A stretch of 64,000 nucleotides of DNA from Streptosporangiaceae bacterium (GCA_036488155.1 DASXIA010000321.1:16023-80022), one strand, 5' to 3'. Counted from the stretch's first letter, positions 8,793-19,606 are shown. The notes: generated by a model from the letters alone, not told the origin. Translations and numbers: made by a program.

Positions 8793-10343
8793 TTATGGCA
8801 GCGCTGAGGGTCCGGCCGAAGCTCGGCGCTGGCCGCGCGGCGGGTCACCGGCCCACGGATCCACGTAGATGGAGTGCCCGTCGCTGGCCTGGGCTGCCGG
8901 GTCCGCCACTGGTGCTGCTACGGGCGCTCGCGCGGCGCCGCGCTGCCCGGCCAGCGCGCCTGTCATGCGCAGGGCGCGGTAGTTCGCCAGGCCTGCGGTC
9001 ACCGCGGCGCTCACGCCGATCTCCAGTGCCGACACGACGCCGACCTGCCAGGCGGACGGTCCGACCGCAGCGAGCCGCCCGTCGCCCAGCGGGCCGCCGG
9101 AGACCGCCGCCAGCAGTCCCAGCAGAATGCCTGCCGCCGCGCCGCACGCGAGGCCGAGCAGCGGCGCGGTGTCCAGGGACAGCGCCGGCGCGGCCCGGAC
9201 CAGCAGAACGCCGCCGAGCACGCCGGCCAGGTACGGCATCGCCAGGACGGTCGGCCCGATCCAGCCGGGCATCGCCGCATGCAGCCCCGGCGGCAGCGCT
9301 GCCAGCATCGGGAACGCCGGCAGCTGTGCCAGCGCCGAGCCGGTAGGCCCGACCACGGTGCCGGAACCGAATGCAAAGCCCGGGCCGAGCGAGAACGCGA
9401 TGGCCCAGATCACTGCATTCGGCAGGTAGCCGAGCTCCAGCAAGAACAGCAGGACCGAGCCGATAGCGCCGGGATCGAGGTCCCGCTCCAGCACGGCGGC
9501 CTCATGCATGTGCACGACCAGTGACGTCCCGGCAACCAATGCGCCTGCAGCAGCTAGAGTCGCTAGCGCGCCCGCGACGCCGACCACGACTGATCTCAGC
9601 CGGGCCGGCAACAGCCGGACGAGCTGGGGCCAGGGGGCCAGCGCCCGTGCGCCGCCGAGCCCGCCAGCGGCGAGCGCCAGCAGCAGCCCCCAGGCCACCG
9701 ACTGCAACAGTGACGACGACTCCAGTGCTGACCTGCTGGCCAGAGCTAGCGCCCCGGTCAGCAGCGCGTAGGGCGCGGCAAGCGCGACCGCTGCAGAGCC
9801 GACATGGCGCAGCCGCCGCACCTGCGCCGCCCTGACAACCCACTGGCCGGCCCGCCAGAGCAAGGCGCCCGGCAACAGGACAAGGCCGAGCGGAAGCAGG
9901 CCGATCCTGCCCGCACCGCGAAACGTGAAACCAACATGCTGGCCCACCAGCCACAGCGCCGCCGACATCCGAAGCACATCGGGCAGGCCGACACCCTCGT
10001 GCGGCGCCGCGATCCAGCCGATCAGCGCCAGCAAGGCAAGGACCGCAACGCCGGTCGCCGTGACTGCGACCGCAGCTAGCACACCCGCCACCAGCAGCGA
10101 CCGCTCGCCAGTGCCGGCTCCGTTACTCGCGGAGCCACTGTTTCGAGGGGCACGGTTTCCAGGGGCACCGTTTCCAGGACCCGTGCTTCCACGGGCACTG
10201 TCTCGGGGAGCGCTACTCCGCTGACCGCTGCTCCGATGATCGCTGCCAGCCGGACCGCCGGCCGCCCGCGCACCGGCCTGGGCGCGCTTGGCGGCCTGTC
10301 CGGCACCAACGGCGAAAGCAGTCACAAGACTCAAGCCTGGCAA
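8793..10343 (-). CDS. perM: Polytopic membrane protein, probable PerM (DUF6350-type) homologue
   Basis: 516 aa. A Gly/Ser/Arg-rich N-terminus is followed by roughly ten predicted hydrophobic segments. It sits between sucD and purN, as Rv0955 perM does in M. tuberculosis. The call rests on synteny plus architecture, and the start is uncertain. Confidence 0.5.
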   Translation of the reverse strand: MPGLSLVTAFAVGAGQAAKRAQAGARAAGGPAGSDHRSSGQRSSAPRDSARGSTGPGNGAPGNRAPRNSGSASNGAGTGERSLLVAGVLAAVAVTATGVAVLALLALIGWIAAPHEGVGLPDVLRMSAALWLVGQHVGFTFRGAGRIGLLPLGLVLLPGALLWRAGQWVVRAAQVRRLRHVGSAAVALAAPYALLTGALALASRSALESSSLLQSVAWGLLLALAAGGLGGARALAPWPQLVRLLPARLRSVVVGVAGALATLAAAGALVAGTSLVVHMHEAAVLERDLDPGAIGSVLLFLLELGYLPNAVIWAIAFSLGPGFAFGSGTVVGPTGSALAQLPAFPMLAALPPGLHAAMPGWIGPTVLAMPYLAGVLGGVLLVRAAPALSLDTAPLLGLACGAAAGILLGLLAAVSGGPLGDGRLAAVGPSAWQVGVVSALEIGVSAAVTAGLANYRALRMTGALAGQRGAARAPVAAPVADPAAQASDGHSIYVDPWAGDPPRGQRRASAGPSALP

Positions 10344-10549
10344 TCCAGAACGGCTCAGCGGCGGAGGCGCGCCGGAGTGCCAGGAACGGAAGCCGCGCGG
10401 AGGAGCGTGGCGGAGCTTGTCCAGCGGAACAGCCCGGCAGAGGCATACCAGGACTAGCCCGAGTCAGCGCCCACTGGGCCAGTCCACGCAGGCCGGGGCC
10501 AGCCGGCCCGCCAGGCTAGCCAGGCCACGCTGGGCCGACGCGGCGGGGC

Positions 10550-11437
10550 CTACCCGGCCTGCATGACCTCGCGAACCAGCACGGCAGTCTCGCTCGGAGT
10601 CCGGCCGACCCGGACGCCGACCTTTTCGAGCGCCTCCTTCTTCGCCTGCGCGGTGCCGGCGGAGCCGGAGATAATCGCGCCGGCGTGGCCCATCGTCTTG
10701 CCTTCGGGCGCCGTGAAACCGGCCACGTAAGCGACGACAGGCTTAGTCACGCTCTTCTCGATGAACGCAGCCGCCCGCTCCTCGGCGTCGCCGCCGATCT
10801 CGCCGATCATGACGATTGCGTCCGTCTCCGGATCATCCTGGAACGCCTTCAGGCAGTCGATGTGGGTCGTGCCGATGATAGGGTCGCCGCCGATGCCCAC
10901 CGCAGTTGAGAAGCCGATGTCTCGCAGCTCGTACATCATCTGGTAGGTCAGCGTGCCGGACTTCGAGACAAGTCCGATCCGGCCCTGCGAGGTGATGTCG
11001 GCCGGGATGATGCCGGCGTTGTACTTGCCCGGTGAAGCGACACCAGGGCAGTTCGGGCCGACGATCCGGGTGACGTTCCCGGTCGCGACCGCGTGAGCCC
11101 AGAACGCGGCGGTGTCGTGCACTGGTACACCCTCGGTAATCACGATGACGAGCGGGATACGCGCGTCGATCGCCTCGATGACGGCGTCTTTAGTGCCAGC
11201 CGGCGGCACGAAGACCACAGAAACGTCGGCCCCGGTAGCCTCCATCGCCGCGCCAACGTTCGCGAAGACCGGCACTTCCCGGCCTGACAACTCGACGGTC
11301 TGGCCCGCCTTGCGCGGGTTCGTGCCGCCGACGACGTTGGTGCCTGCTGCGATCATCCGCGCACCGTGCTTGCGGCCTTCCGACCCGGTGATGCCCTGCA
11401 CGATGACGCGGCTGCCGGCGTTCAGGAAGATCGCCAT
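10550..11437 (-). CDS. sucD: Succinyl-CoA synthetase alpha subunit
   Basis: [24 protein letters not shown] and GHAGAII (catalytic His loop) give a full-length SucD. Confidence 0.96.
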   Translation of the reverse strand: MAIFLNAGSRVIVQGITGSEGRKHGARMIAAGTNVVGGTNPRKAGQTVELSGREVPVFANVGAAMEATGADVSVVFVPPAGTKDAVIEAIDARIPLVIVITEGVPVHDTAAFWAHAVATGNVTRIVGPNCPGVASPGKYNAGIIPADITSQGRIGLVSKSGTLTYQMMYELRDIGFSTAVGIGGDPIIGTTHIDCLKAFQDDPETDAIVMIGEIGGDAEERAAAFIEKSVTKPVVAYVAGFTAPEGKTMGHAGAIISGSAGTAQAKKEALEKVGVRVGRTPSETAVLVREVMQAG

Positions 11438-11438
11438 G

Positions 11439-12647
11439 TCATGCTCCGTTCACGGCCGCGGCGGCCAGTTCGGCGGCGCGGCGCGCCGCATCGTCCATGG
11501 TGGCGACCTGCTCGACTACCGGCAGGGCAGCCTCGGCCAGGATCCGGCGCCCCTCGGCGGCGTTGTTGCCGTCGAGCCGGACCACGATGGGATGCCTGAC
11601 CGGCTCGCCGCGCTCGGCCAGCAGGGCCATCGCGGACACGATCCCGTTGGCTACCTCGTCGCACGAGGTGATGCCGCCGAACACATTGACCAGGACGCTG
11701 CGCACATCCGGATCGGATAGCACGATGTCGAGTCCGTTGGCCATCACCTCCGCCGAGGCGCCACCGCCGATGTCGAGGAAATTGGCTGGCCGCACGCCGC
11801 CGAATTCCTCACCCGCATAAGCGACGACGTCCAGGGTGGACATCACCAGGCCCGCGCCGTTCCCGATGATCCCGACGGATCCGTCGAGCTTCACATAGTT
11901 CAGGTGCTTGGCCTTTGCGCGCGCCTCGATCGGGTCGACCGCGGTCGGATCCGCGAAGGATGCCCAGTCCTGCCGGAAGGCAGCGTTGTCGTCGAGGGTC
12001 ACCTTGGCGTCGAGCGCGACGACCCGGCCGTCGCCGGTGTAGACGAGCGGGTTGACCTCGACCAGGGTCGCGTCTTCGTCCGTGAAGACGGCCCACAGCC
12101 GCTCGGCGAGTTGCGCGGCGCCTTCCTGAGCTTCCTCCGGCAGTCCGCCGGCCCGGACGATCTCCAGCGCCTTCGCGCGGTCGACGCCCGTCAGCGGGCT
12201 CACCGGGATCTTGGCCAGCGCCTCCGGGTGAGTCCTGGCCACTTCCTCGATCTCGACGCCGCCCTCGACCGAGCACATCGACAAGAACGTCCGCTCGGCG
12301 CGGTCGACGAGGAACGACAGGTAGTACTCCTGCGCGATGTCGGTGTCCTCAGCCACCAGGACGGTGTGCACGGTGTGGCCCTTGATGTCCATGCCCAGGA
12401 TGGCTGCGGCCTTGTCCCGGGCCTCGTCCGGGCTGTCGGCCAGCTTCACCCCGCCGGCCTTGCCCCGGCCACCGGTCTTCACCTGGGCCTTGATCACAAC
12501 GAGGGGCTTCGCATCGCCCTTCCCGGCGGCTGCGAACTCCTCGGCAATCTGCTTAGCCTCATCCGCGGTGCTGGCCACGTTGCCGTGCGGAATCGGGACA
12601 CCGTATTCGGCGAATAGCTCCTTCGCCTGATACTCGAACAGGTCCAC
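11439..12647 (-). CDS. sucC: Succinyl-CoA synthetase beta subunit
   Basis: [18 protein letters not shown], the ATP-grasp region and [15 protein letters not shown] are present. It ends directly upstream of sucD. Confidence 0.96.
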   Translation of the reverse strand: MDLFEYQAKELFAEYGVPIPHGNVASTADEAKQIAEEFAAAGKGDAKPLVVIKAQVKTGGRGKAGGVKLADSPDEARDKAAAILGMDIKGHTVHTVLVAEDTDIAQEYYLSFLVDRAERTFLSMCSVEGGVEIEEVARTHPEALAKIPVSPLTGVDRAKALEIVRAGGLPEEAQEGAAQLAERLWAVFTDEDATLVEVNPLVYTGDGRVVALDAKVTLDDNAAFRQDWASFADPTAVDPIEARAKAKHLNYVKLDGSVGIIGNGAGLVMSTLDVVAYAGEEFGGVRPANFLDIGGGASAEVMANGLDIVLSDPDVRSVLVNVFGGITSCDEVANGIVSAMALLAERGEPVRHPIVVRLDGNNAAEGRRILAEAALPVVEQVATMDDAARRAAELAAAAVNGA

Positions 12648-12790
12648 TCGGGTCCGTCCTTCGTGCTCGGGGGATCAGTGCGGCGCGTCCGCCACCCTGC
12701 GGCTGGAAGCCTAATGCCGGCCTGGCTCGCGCTGGGCAACTGGGTGGCAGGCCACCGCAGGCCACCGCAGCTAGGCAGCGGGTTTCGTCG

Positions 12791-13198
12791 CTAACTGACG
12801 GTTTCGGCGCTGCCGAGCTCCGACCGAACCCAGTCCACGATCTCGGTCGTCGTCGCACCGGGAGTGAAGATCTTCGCCACGCCCATCTGCTCGAGCTCAG
12901 CAATGTCGGCATCCGGGATGATGCCACCGCCGAAAACTGTGATATCGGTCGCATCCTTCTCCGCCAGCAGCTCGAGCACGCGGCGGAACTGCGTCATGTG
13001 CGCTCCGGACAAGACCGACAGGCCGATCGCGTCGGCATCCTCCTGCAGGGCCGCGGAGACGATCTGCTCCGGGGTCTGATGCAGCCCGGTGTAGATGACC
13101 TCCACTCCGGCATCGCGCAGTGCCCGTGCCACCACCTTCGCTCCGCGATCGTGACCGTCCAGGCCGGGCTTCGCGATGATCACCCGGATACTGCTCAT
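12791..13198 (-). CDS. Stand-alone cobalamin (B12)-binding domain protein, acyl-CoA mutase small-subunit type
   Basis: 135 aa. [32 protein letters not shown] contains the DxHxxG B12-ligand motif. The remainder matches the C-terminal domain of methylmalonyl/isobutyryl-CoA mutases. Confidence 0.85.
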   Translation of the reverse strand: MSSIRVIIAKPGLDGHDRGAKVVARALRDAGVEVIYTGLHQTPEQIVSAALQEDADAIGLSVLSGAHMTQFRRVLELLAEKDATDITVFGGGIIPDADIAELEQMGVAKIFTPGATTTEIVDWVRSELGSAETVS

Positions 13199-13320
13199 GG
13201 AACCCTCCGACCAGCCTTAGCGCTGCCGGCATGACGGCAGACGATTCAGCGTAACCGGCCTGAGGGGAACGGGCCGACCGGCTGGCGCGGTAACGCTTCG
13301 CCAGAGCGTCGCGCCAGCCG

Positions 13321-14226
13321 TCAGGGCGCCAGCGCGCTGGTCAGTCCCTCCAGGTACCTGTCAAGCAGGCTGCCGTCGGGGTCGTAGGTGGGGTTCACCT
13401 CGGTGAGCACCAGCGCGGCGCAGGACGGATGGCGCAGCAATACGCGCAGGCAGTGCACAACGTGCTCGAGTCTGACACCGGAGTTGTAATGCGGGAAGTT
13501 GCCGAGCGGAAGATCGCCGGAATCGACCACGTCGACATCGAAATGGACGATCATCGGCCGGCCACCCGCCAGCGCGGTCAGCGCCTTGCGCGCCGCCGCC
13601 TCCGGATCTGCCGTCAGTTCTGGGCCTTCGGTATAGCTCACGCCATTGTCGGCGAGGAACCTGCGGTCGTCGTCAGTAACCTCGCGCGGATCACAGCCGA
13701 CGATCGCCAGCCGAGACGGGTGCAGAAGCGGCGGCTCGCCAGCAAGCCCGGCAAGCTCAGGTTCCCCGTAGCCGAGGAGATGTGCGATGCCGGTATCGTC
13801 CAGGATCCCGGACCGCTCTGGCGACAACGCCCCGAGGTCCGCGTCTCCGTCAACGTAAGCGAGTCCGACGTCGGGATGGACGCGCCTGAAGCCGGCCACG
13901 ACGCCGAGGGTGATAGTGCAGTCGCCGCCAAGTACCAGCGGGCGCTGGCCGTCCTGAACCTGGGCGGCGACCGCATCCGCAACCTCGCGCGCGACTTCGA
14001 CAACCGCGCTCAGGTTGCGCGCCTGCGGATGATCGTGGTCGACAGCGAACACTGAGCCGGTCACGTCACCCTCGTCCGCAACGCTGATCCCCGCGGCCCG
14101 GAACCTGCCGACAAGGCCACCGGCCCGGAGCGCTGCCGGTGCCTTGTCCTGCCCGGCGTGATGCGCCCCGGCGCTGGTCGGTACGCCGGTCAGCGTCCAG
14201 TCGTTCCTGAACTCGGTGGTGCTCAT
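13321..14226 (-). CDS. Arginase/agmatinase/formiminoglutamase-fold protein with non-canonical metal-ligand residues
   Basis: LVLGGDCTITLG (canonical GGDHS), YVDGDADLG (canonical DAHxD), VHFDVDVVDSGD (DxDxxD) and TEVNPTYDPDG align with the ureohydrolase family. Confidence 0.75.
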   Translation of the reverse strand: MSTTEFRNDWTLTGVPTSAGAHHAGQDKAPAALRAGGLVGRFRAAGISVADEGDVTGSVFAVDHDHPQARNLSAVVEVAREVADAVAAQVQDGQRPLVLGGDCTITLGVVAGFRRVHPDVGLAYVDGDADLGALSPERSGILDDTGIAHLLGYGEPELAGLAGEPPLLHPSRLAIVGCDPREVTDDDRRFLADNGVSYTEGPELTADPEAAARKALTALAGGRPMIVHFDVDVVDSGDLPLGNFPHYNSGVRLEHVVHCLRVLLRHPSCAALVLTEVNPTYDPDGSLLDRYLEGLTSALAP

Positions 14227-14403
14227 GCCGCGTCTCCCGCCCAGATTCCCTGCCGACGAGTGCCGCCTGCCTTACAGGCACCGTCACCATCATTGCCCTT
14301 TTGCTAGTAACGATGCTAGTCCGCGTCTGACTCGTCGCGCAACCATCAGATGTAGAATGCCGGTGACGTTCCCGCGACTAGGACAGCACCTAGGAGGCGG
14401 CTG

Positions 14404-15006
14404 ATGGCGGCCACACCTGCCCCGGCAGCTGGCAGCGACGGGCGTATCGGGCAAGCCCCTGGCCGCCTGGCGCTGCTGCAGGCATTCGTCAACACGCTCG
14501 ACATCGAGCACGCAACGGACGAGCTCAGTTCTCCCGCAGCCCTCGATGGCTGGCTGAGATCGGCGAGCCTGGCCGCTGACAAACCTGAGCTGGCCAGCAC
14601 CGGGCTTGCCGATCTGGCGCTGGCCGTGGACCTGAGAGAAGCCCTGCGGGGGGTCTTGCGGTCACATGTGGTGCGTAAACCGGCTGCGATAGCAGACCCG
14701 GCCGCCCGGCTTGGCGAGATTGCCTCATCAATGCAGGCGAGAATCGTTGCAGGCGCCGACGGGAGCCTTGGCGTAGTCGCAGGCGGGCGGGGCAGCCAGG
14801 CGGCATTGGCCGAGCTGCTGCTGATTGCCGCGGAGGCGCAAACTCTCGGCACCTGGAGCCGGCTCAAGGTATGCAGTGCCGACGACTGCCAGTGGGCTTT
14901 CTTCGACCGCTCTCCCACCCGCAGCGGCTGCTGGTGCAGCATGCAGGTCTGCGGATCGAGGGCCAAGGCCCGGGCATACCGCAGCCGGGCAGGAAATACC
15001 GGCTGA
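14404..15006 (+). CDS. CGNR zinc-finger (ABATE + zf-CGNR) putative regulator
   Basis: The C-terminus LKVCSADDCQWAFFDRSPTRSGCWCSMQVCGSRAKARAYRSR is the CGNR zinc-finger signature. The N-terminal LALLQAFVNTLD is ABATE-like. Confidence 0.85.
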   Translation: MAATPAPAAGSDGRIGQAPGRLALLQAFVNTLDIEHATDELSSPAALDGWLRSASLAADKPELASTGLADLALAVDLREALRGVLRSHVVRKPAAIADPAARLGEIASSMQARIVAGADGSLGVVAGGRGSQAALAELLLIAAEAQTLGTWSRLKVCSADDCQWAFFDRSPTRSGCWCSMQVCGSRAKARAYRSRAGNTG

Positions 15007-15054
15007 GGCTACCGGGCTCAGGCCGATGCCATGGCCCGGCATGCCTCGCCTGGG

Positions 15055-17292
15055 CTAGAGCTTCTCGATCGGCGCGTAGCGCAGCACCAGGTGCTTGATG
15101 CCGTACTCGCCGCCAAAGTCGATCTTGGCCTCCGGGTCGTCGCCGCGACCCTCGACCGACAGCACGGTGCCGAGGCCATACGCGTCGTGGTTGACCCGGT
15201 CGCCGGGCTGCAGCGACGGGACCGGCCGGTTGCCGACGGCACGAACGCCGGGCCGGCGGGCCAGCCGCTCCGAGGCGGGCTGGGTGGCGGCCGACTCGTC
15301 CCGGCGCCATTCGATCAGTCCCGCGGGGATCTCGGTCAGGAACCGTGACTGCCGGTGGTAGCCAGGGCGGCCGAACCAGGTACGCGTCGCCGCCCTGGTC
15401 ACATAAAGCCGCTGCATCGCCCTGGTGATGCCGACGTAGGCCAGCCGCCGTTCCTCGGCCAGCTCCCGCTCGTCACCCAGAGACCGCTCATGCGGGAAGA
15501 CGTTCTCCTCCAGGCCGGTCAGGAAGACGACGGGGAACTCCAGCCCCTTGGCGGTATGCAGCGTCATCAGCGTCACCATGCCGCCGTGCTGCTCACCTTC
15601 CGGGATTTGGTCGGCGTCCGCGACCAGCGAGACCTGCTCAAGGAACTCGGCCAGCGTCCCGCCGGGATTACGGGCGTCGAACTCGCGCGCCACCGAGACC
15701 AGCTCGGTCAGGTTCTCGATCCGGCTTGCATCCTGCAAGTCCGAGGAGGCCTGCAGTTCGGCCACGTAACCGGTCCGCTCGAGCACGGCCTCGGTCAAAT
15801 CGCCAACCGGGCCCGCCGCTGCCAGCTCCCGCAATCCCCTTATCAGGTCGTTGAAGCCCTCGATCGCGCGCGCGGACCTGGTCGCCAGCCCCGGAACGTC
15901 GTCCGGCCGGGCGAGCGCGGCCGCGAAGCTGATCTTGTCCCGGCTGGCCAGCGCGGCCACGTACTCCTCGGCCCGGTCGCCGATACCGCGCCGGGGCGTG
16001 TTGAGCACCCGGCGCAGCGATACCTCGTCGCCGGGGTTGGCGACCAGGCGCAAGTAGGCCAGCAAGTCGCGGACTTCTCTGCGCTCGTAGAAACGGACGC
16101 CGCCAACGACCTTGTACGGCAGGCCGGACCGGATGAACACTTCCTCGAAAACGCGGGATTGCGCGTTCGTCCGGTAGAAGACGGCAACCTCACCAGGCGC
16201 CGCCTCGCCCGCGTCGGACAGCCGGTCGACTTCCTCGGCTACGAATGCCGCCTCGTCGTGCTCGCTGTCGGCGACGTACCCGGTGATCGGCGGCCCGTCG
16301 CCCGCCTCGGACCAGAGATTCTTCGGGATCCGGCCCGGATTGCGGGAGACCACGGCGTTGGCTGCGGCCAGGATGTTCTGCGTCGAGCGGTAGTTCTGCT
16401 CGAGCAGGATCACCCGCGCCCCGGCGAAGTCGCGCTCGAACTCCTCGATGTTCCTGATCGTTGCGCCGCGGAAGGCGTAGATCGACTGGTCGGCATCACC
16501 GACGACGACAAGCTCCGCGGGCGACTCGCCGCCCGACCCGGCCAACTCGCGGACCAGCACGTATTGCGCATGGTTCGTGTCCTGGTATTCGTCGACCAGG
16601 ACGTGCCGGAACCTGTCCCGGTACTCGGCAGCGAGATCAGGGAAAGCCTGGAGCAGGTTGACGGTCACCATGATCAGGTCGTCGAAGTCCATCGCGCCGG
16701 CCGCGACCAGCCGGCGCTGGTACTCCGCGTATGCCTCGCCGAGTGCCTTCTCCCGGTAGCCGCTGGCCCGCGCCAGGACCGTTTCGTAGTCGATCAGCTC
16801 GTTCTTCAGGTTCGAGACCTGGTTGATCATCCCTTTCGGCGGGAAGAACTTGGCGTCCAGCTCAAGCTCACGGCACACCATGGCCATCAGCCGCTGCGAG
16901 TCGGCCTGGTCATAGATGGAGAAGCTGGACGGATAGCCGAACCGCCGAGCCTCCCGGCGCAGGATCCGCACGCAGGCCGAGTGAAAGGTCATCAGCCACA
17001 TCGACCGCGCCCGCGCACCGGTGAGCGACGCCGCCCTGGCAGCCATCTCCCCGGCGGCCTTGTTCGTGAAGGTAATCGCGAGGACCTGGCTCGGCGCCAC
17101 GTCGCGCTCCGCGAGCAGGTAGGCGATTCGGTGAGTGAGCACCCGGGTCTTGCCAGAGCCGGCACCGGCCACGATCAGCAGGGGGCTGCCCTCGTGCAGG
17201 ACAGCGGCACGCTGCTGCGGGTTCAGCCCGTCCAGCAGGGAATCGACAACCATCGCGGTCACCTGCCTAAGCCTAGGCGGAACCGCCGACAT
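15055..17292 (-). CDS. pcrA: ATP-dependent DNA helicase PcrA/UvrD (UvrD1-type)
   Basis: LLDGLNPQQRAAVLHEGSPLLIVAGAGSGKTRVLTHRIAYLL (motifs Q and I), VDEYQDTN, TLHTAKGLEF and a C-terminal Tudor-like VNHDAYGLGTV. The start is set at MSAVPP by length analogy to Mtb UvrD1; the longest ORF starts at 17319. Confidence 0.93.
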   Translation of the reverse strand: MSAVPPRLRQVTAMVVDSLLDGLNPQQRAAVLHEGSPLLIVAGAGSGKTRVLTHRIAYLLAERDVAPSQVLAITFTNKAAGEMAARAASLTGARARSMWLMTFHSACVRILRREARRFGYPSSFSIYDQADSQRLMAMVCRELELDAKFFPPKGMINQVSNLKNELIDYETVLARASGYREKALGEAYAEYQRRLVAAGAMDFDDLIMVTVNLLQAFPDLAAEYRDRFRHVLVDEYQDTNHAQYVLVRELAGSGGESPAELVVVGDADQSIYAFRGATIRNIEEFERDFAGARVILLEQNYRSTQNILAAANAVVSRNPGRIPKNLWSEAGDGPPITGYVADSEHDEAAFVAEEVDRLSDAGEAAPGEVAVFYRTNAQSRVFEEVFIRSGLPYKVVGGVRFYERREVRDLLAYLRLVANPGDEVSLRRVLNTPRRGIGDRAEEYVAALASRDKISFAAALARPDDVPGLATRSARAIEGFNDLIRGLRELAAAGPVGDLTEAVLERTGYVAELQASSDLQDASRIENLTELVSVAREFDARNPGGTLAEFLEQVSLVADADQIPEGEQHGGMVTLMTLHTAKGLEFPVVFLTGLEENVFPHERSLGDERELAEERRLAYVGITRAMQRLYVTRAATRTWFGRPGYHRQSRFLTEIPAGLIEWRRDESAATQPASERLARRPGVRAVGNRPVPSLQPGDRVNHDAYGLGTVLSVEGRGDDPEAKIDFGGEYGIKHLVLRYAPIEKL

Positions 17293-17338
17293 CCGGGCGG
17301 CCCCGCGCGGGGCGCGCAAAGTGGCCGTCGTCCCCGCG

Positions 17339-17923
17339 TCAGCGCCGCCAGCGCGCGGTTACCAGCGCCGCAGGCACGATCTCGACCGGGAACGGGGTAG
17401 CCGTGGCGAACTGTTGCTCGCCGACTGCGCGGCCGACCTCGGTGTATTTGTCCCTCGTCAGCGCGTAGGCGGTCAGCGATGGCTGGTCCGGGTCTGGCAC
17501 AACGATCCAGTAGCCCGGAATGCCGAATTCCGCATAAACGACCTTTTTTCGGGCGCGGTCGTAGTGCGCCGTACTCGGCGAGGCTATCTCCACAACGAGT
17601 TCGGGCGGCTTGGTGACGTTCTTGTCGGTGACGCCCAGGGTGTCCGCCCGGACGACGACAAGGTCAGGAATCCGGTACTGGATTTCGCTCATCACGACGC
17701 CGGGACCGGGCAGCAACTCGAACTCGGGCGGGCAGGCTGTTTCGAGCAGGAACTCGAGGCGGTGCAGGACACGCTGGTGAATGGTCACGGGGGCGGGCGA
17801 CACGACGAGCACCCCGTCATCCAGCTCGTAACGGCAGCCGTCGTCGGGCGTGAGATCCAGGTCGGCCACTGTCAGCGGCCGATCGGCTGGCAGCACGAAC
17901 TGCGGGGCAGTCATGACACTCAT
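17339..17923 (-). CDS. Uma2-family (DUF820) putative endonuclease
   Basis: RYELDDGVLVVSPAP..., IPDLVVV..., PELVVEIASPST...D...K...YAEFGIPGYWIV follows the Uma2 restriction-endonuclease-like pattern (D...E.S/K). Confidence 0.8.
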   Translation of the reverse strand: MSVMTAPQFVLPADRPLTVADLDLTPDDGCRYELDDGVLVVSPAPVTIHQRVLHRLEFLLETACPPEFELLPGPGVVMSEIQYRIPDLVVVRADTLGVTDKNVTKPPELVVEIASPSTAHYDRARKKVVYAEFGIPGYWIVVPDPDQPSLTAYALTRDKYTEVGRAVGEQQFATATPFPVEIVPAALVTARWRR

Positions 17924-18040
17924 GGTCTCTCCGATCCGTCATGACCGCCACCTTGCCCGCCGCCACCGACATTTCGAGCGCCCGCGAAATGCGGAAGGCC
18001 CGCGCCAGGTCGTCCCGGCGCGGGCCCTCGAGCGGGTCTG

Positions 18041-19606
18041 CTACTTGTCCGGGACGAGGGTAGGCGTCGAGCGCGTCAGCGTCTGCTTGCGGAAGAACGC
18101 CGGGTGGACAACCCGCACGTAGATGAACGCGAGCAAGCCCACGACCCAGGACAGGAAGACGATCACGAACACGCCGCCGATCACCCAGTGGATCCCCGGC
18201 ACCGTGAAACTGGTGTAGGACGATTCATTAGCACTGTTCATGTCCCAGTCCAGCCACAGGCTCCAGCCGCCGAGGAACCAGAGAATCAGGCCGCCGAGCA
18301 GCGGCAAGATGCCCTGCATCCACAAGTTGCGGGCGCTCGAGAACAGGTTGCGCCGGTAGTACCAGACACAGGTGAAGCCGGTCAGCCCGTAGTAGGTGGC
18401 GATGAAGACGCCGCAGCTGGTCACCGCATCCGAGATCACCTGGCCGCCGGACATGTAATTGAACGCCGCGTACAACACGATCGAGATCCCGCCCATGACC
18501 AGCGTCGACACCGTCGGGGTCATGTGCTTGCGGTGCATCTTGGCGAAGGCCGGCGGCAGTGCCTGATAGGTCGCCATCGACAGGGTCGTCCTGGCCGTGG
18601 GCAGGATCGTCGTCTGCGTGGACGCAGCGGCCGAGGACAGGACCATCAGGAGCAGCAGCCGGTAAAGGACGTTGCCAAAGACGCCGGTGCCGAAGACCGC
18701 GTGGCCGAGCACGGAGAGCACGTCGCCAGAGTTGTTCCCGTTAGCGAGGCCGATGCCTTTGGTTCCGATTCCGGCGAACGACTGCGCGCCGAAGATCGCA
18801 ATGCCGTAGGTGACCACGAGGATGACCGTGGACACCATCGCCGCCCGGCCGGGGGTCTTGGTCGGGTTCTTGGTTTCCTCGTTCACCGACAGGGCGGTGT
18901 CCCAGCCCCAGTAGATGAACACCATGAGGATCAGCCCGGCAGCAAAGGCGCTGAATGACAGGCCTGACGGGTTCAGCCAGGACCAGCTCGGATGGATCGA
19001 CACCGGCGGGTGGTGGCCGGTACCGACCTTGACCAGCGCGACCACCGAAAGCACGATCAGCATCGTGATCTCGATCGACAGCAGCGCCTTCTGGAAGTTC
19101 GCCGAGACCTCCATGCCGCGGTAGCAGATGTAGGTCATGAAGACGATCCACAGGACACCGGTCAGCAGTACCCAGCCGCTCGCCGGGTTCTTGCCGATGC
19201 CATTGGCGTTGAACAGCAAGAAGATGTACTGGCCGGCTACCTGAGCCAGGCTCGCCATCACCAGGATGTCGGCGACCACGATGGCCCAGCCGCCCGCCCA
19301 GCCGGTCTTCGGCCCGAACGCGCGAGTCGCCCAGGTGAACGTGGTGCCAGCGTCCGGGTCAGCTTTATTGAGCTCGCTGTAGCCGATAGATGTCAAGATC
19401 ATCGGCACGAATGCGAGTATCGCGACCAGCGGGGACTTGAGTCCCACCGCCAGCACGACGAAGCCCAGCGTCGCCGCCAGGCTGTAGGCGGGGGCGACAG
19501 AAGCCGTAGCGATCACCGTGCTGGAGATCAGGTTAAGGGCACCAGACTTGAGGCCCTTATCCCTGACTTGCTCTACCGGCTGTAGCTCAGGGGTGGTGGT
19601 GGCCAT
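18041..19606 (-). CDS. APC-superfamily amino acid / polyamine permease
   Basis: 521 aa with about 12-13 hydrophobic helices. The N-terminal GLKSGALNLISSTVIATASVAPAYS is typical of APC permeases. Confidence 0.8.
   Translation of the reverse strand: MATTTPELQPVEQVRDKGLKSGALNLISSTVIATASVAPAYSLAATLGFVVLAVGLKSPLVAILAFVPMILTSIGYSELNKADPDAGTTFTWATRAFGPKTGWAGGWAIVVADILVMASLAQVAGQYIFLLFNANGIGKNPASGWVLLTGVLWIVFMTYICYRGMEVSANFQKALLSIEITMLIVLSVVALVKVGTGHHPPVSIHPSWSWLNPSGLSFSAFAAGLILMVFIYWGWDTALSVNEETKNPTKTPGRAAMVSTVILVVTYGIAIFGAQSFAGIGTKGIGLANGNNSGDVLSVLGHAVFGTGVFGNVLYRLLLLMVLSSAAASTQTTILPTARTTLSMATYQALPPAFAKMHRKHMTPTVSTLVMGGISIVLYAAFNYMSGGQVISDAVTSCGVFIATYYGLTGFTCVWYYRRNLFSSARNLWMQGILPLLGGLILWFLGGWSLWLDWDMNSANESSYTSFTVPGIHWVIGGVFVIVFLSWVVGLLAFIYVRVVHPAFFRKQTLTRSTPTLVPDK

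Noticed and set aside
15355-17400. 681-aa ORF on the plus strand
   Set aside because: It lies entirely antisense to the well-supported pcrA/uvrD gene. The translation is Arg/Gly/Pro/Val-rich and matches no family. This is a typical shadow ORF of high-GC DNA.
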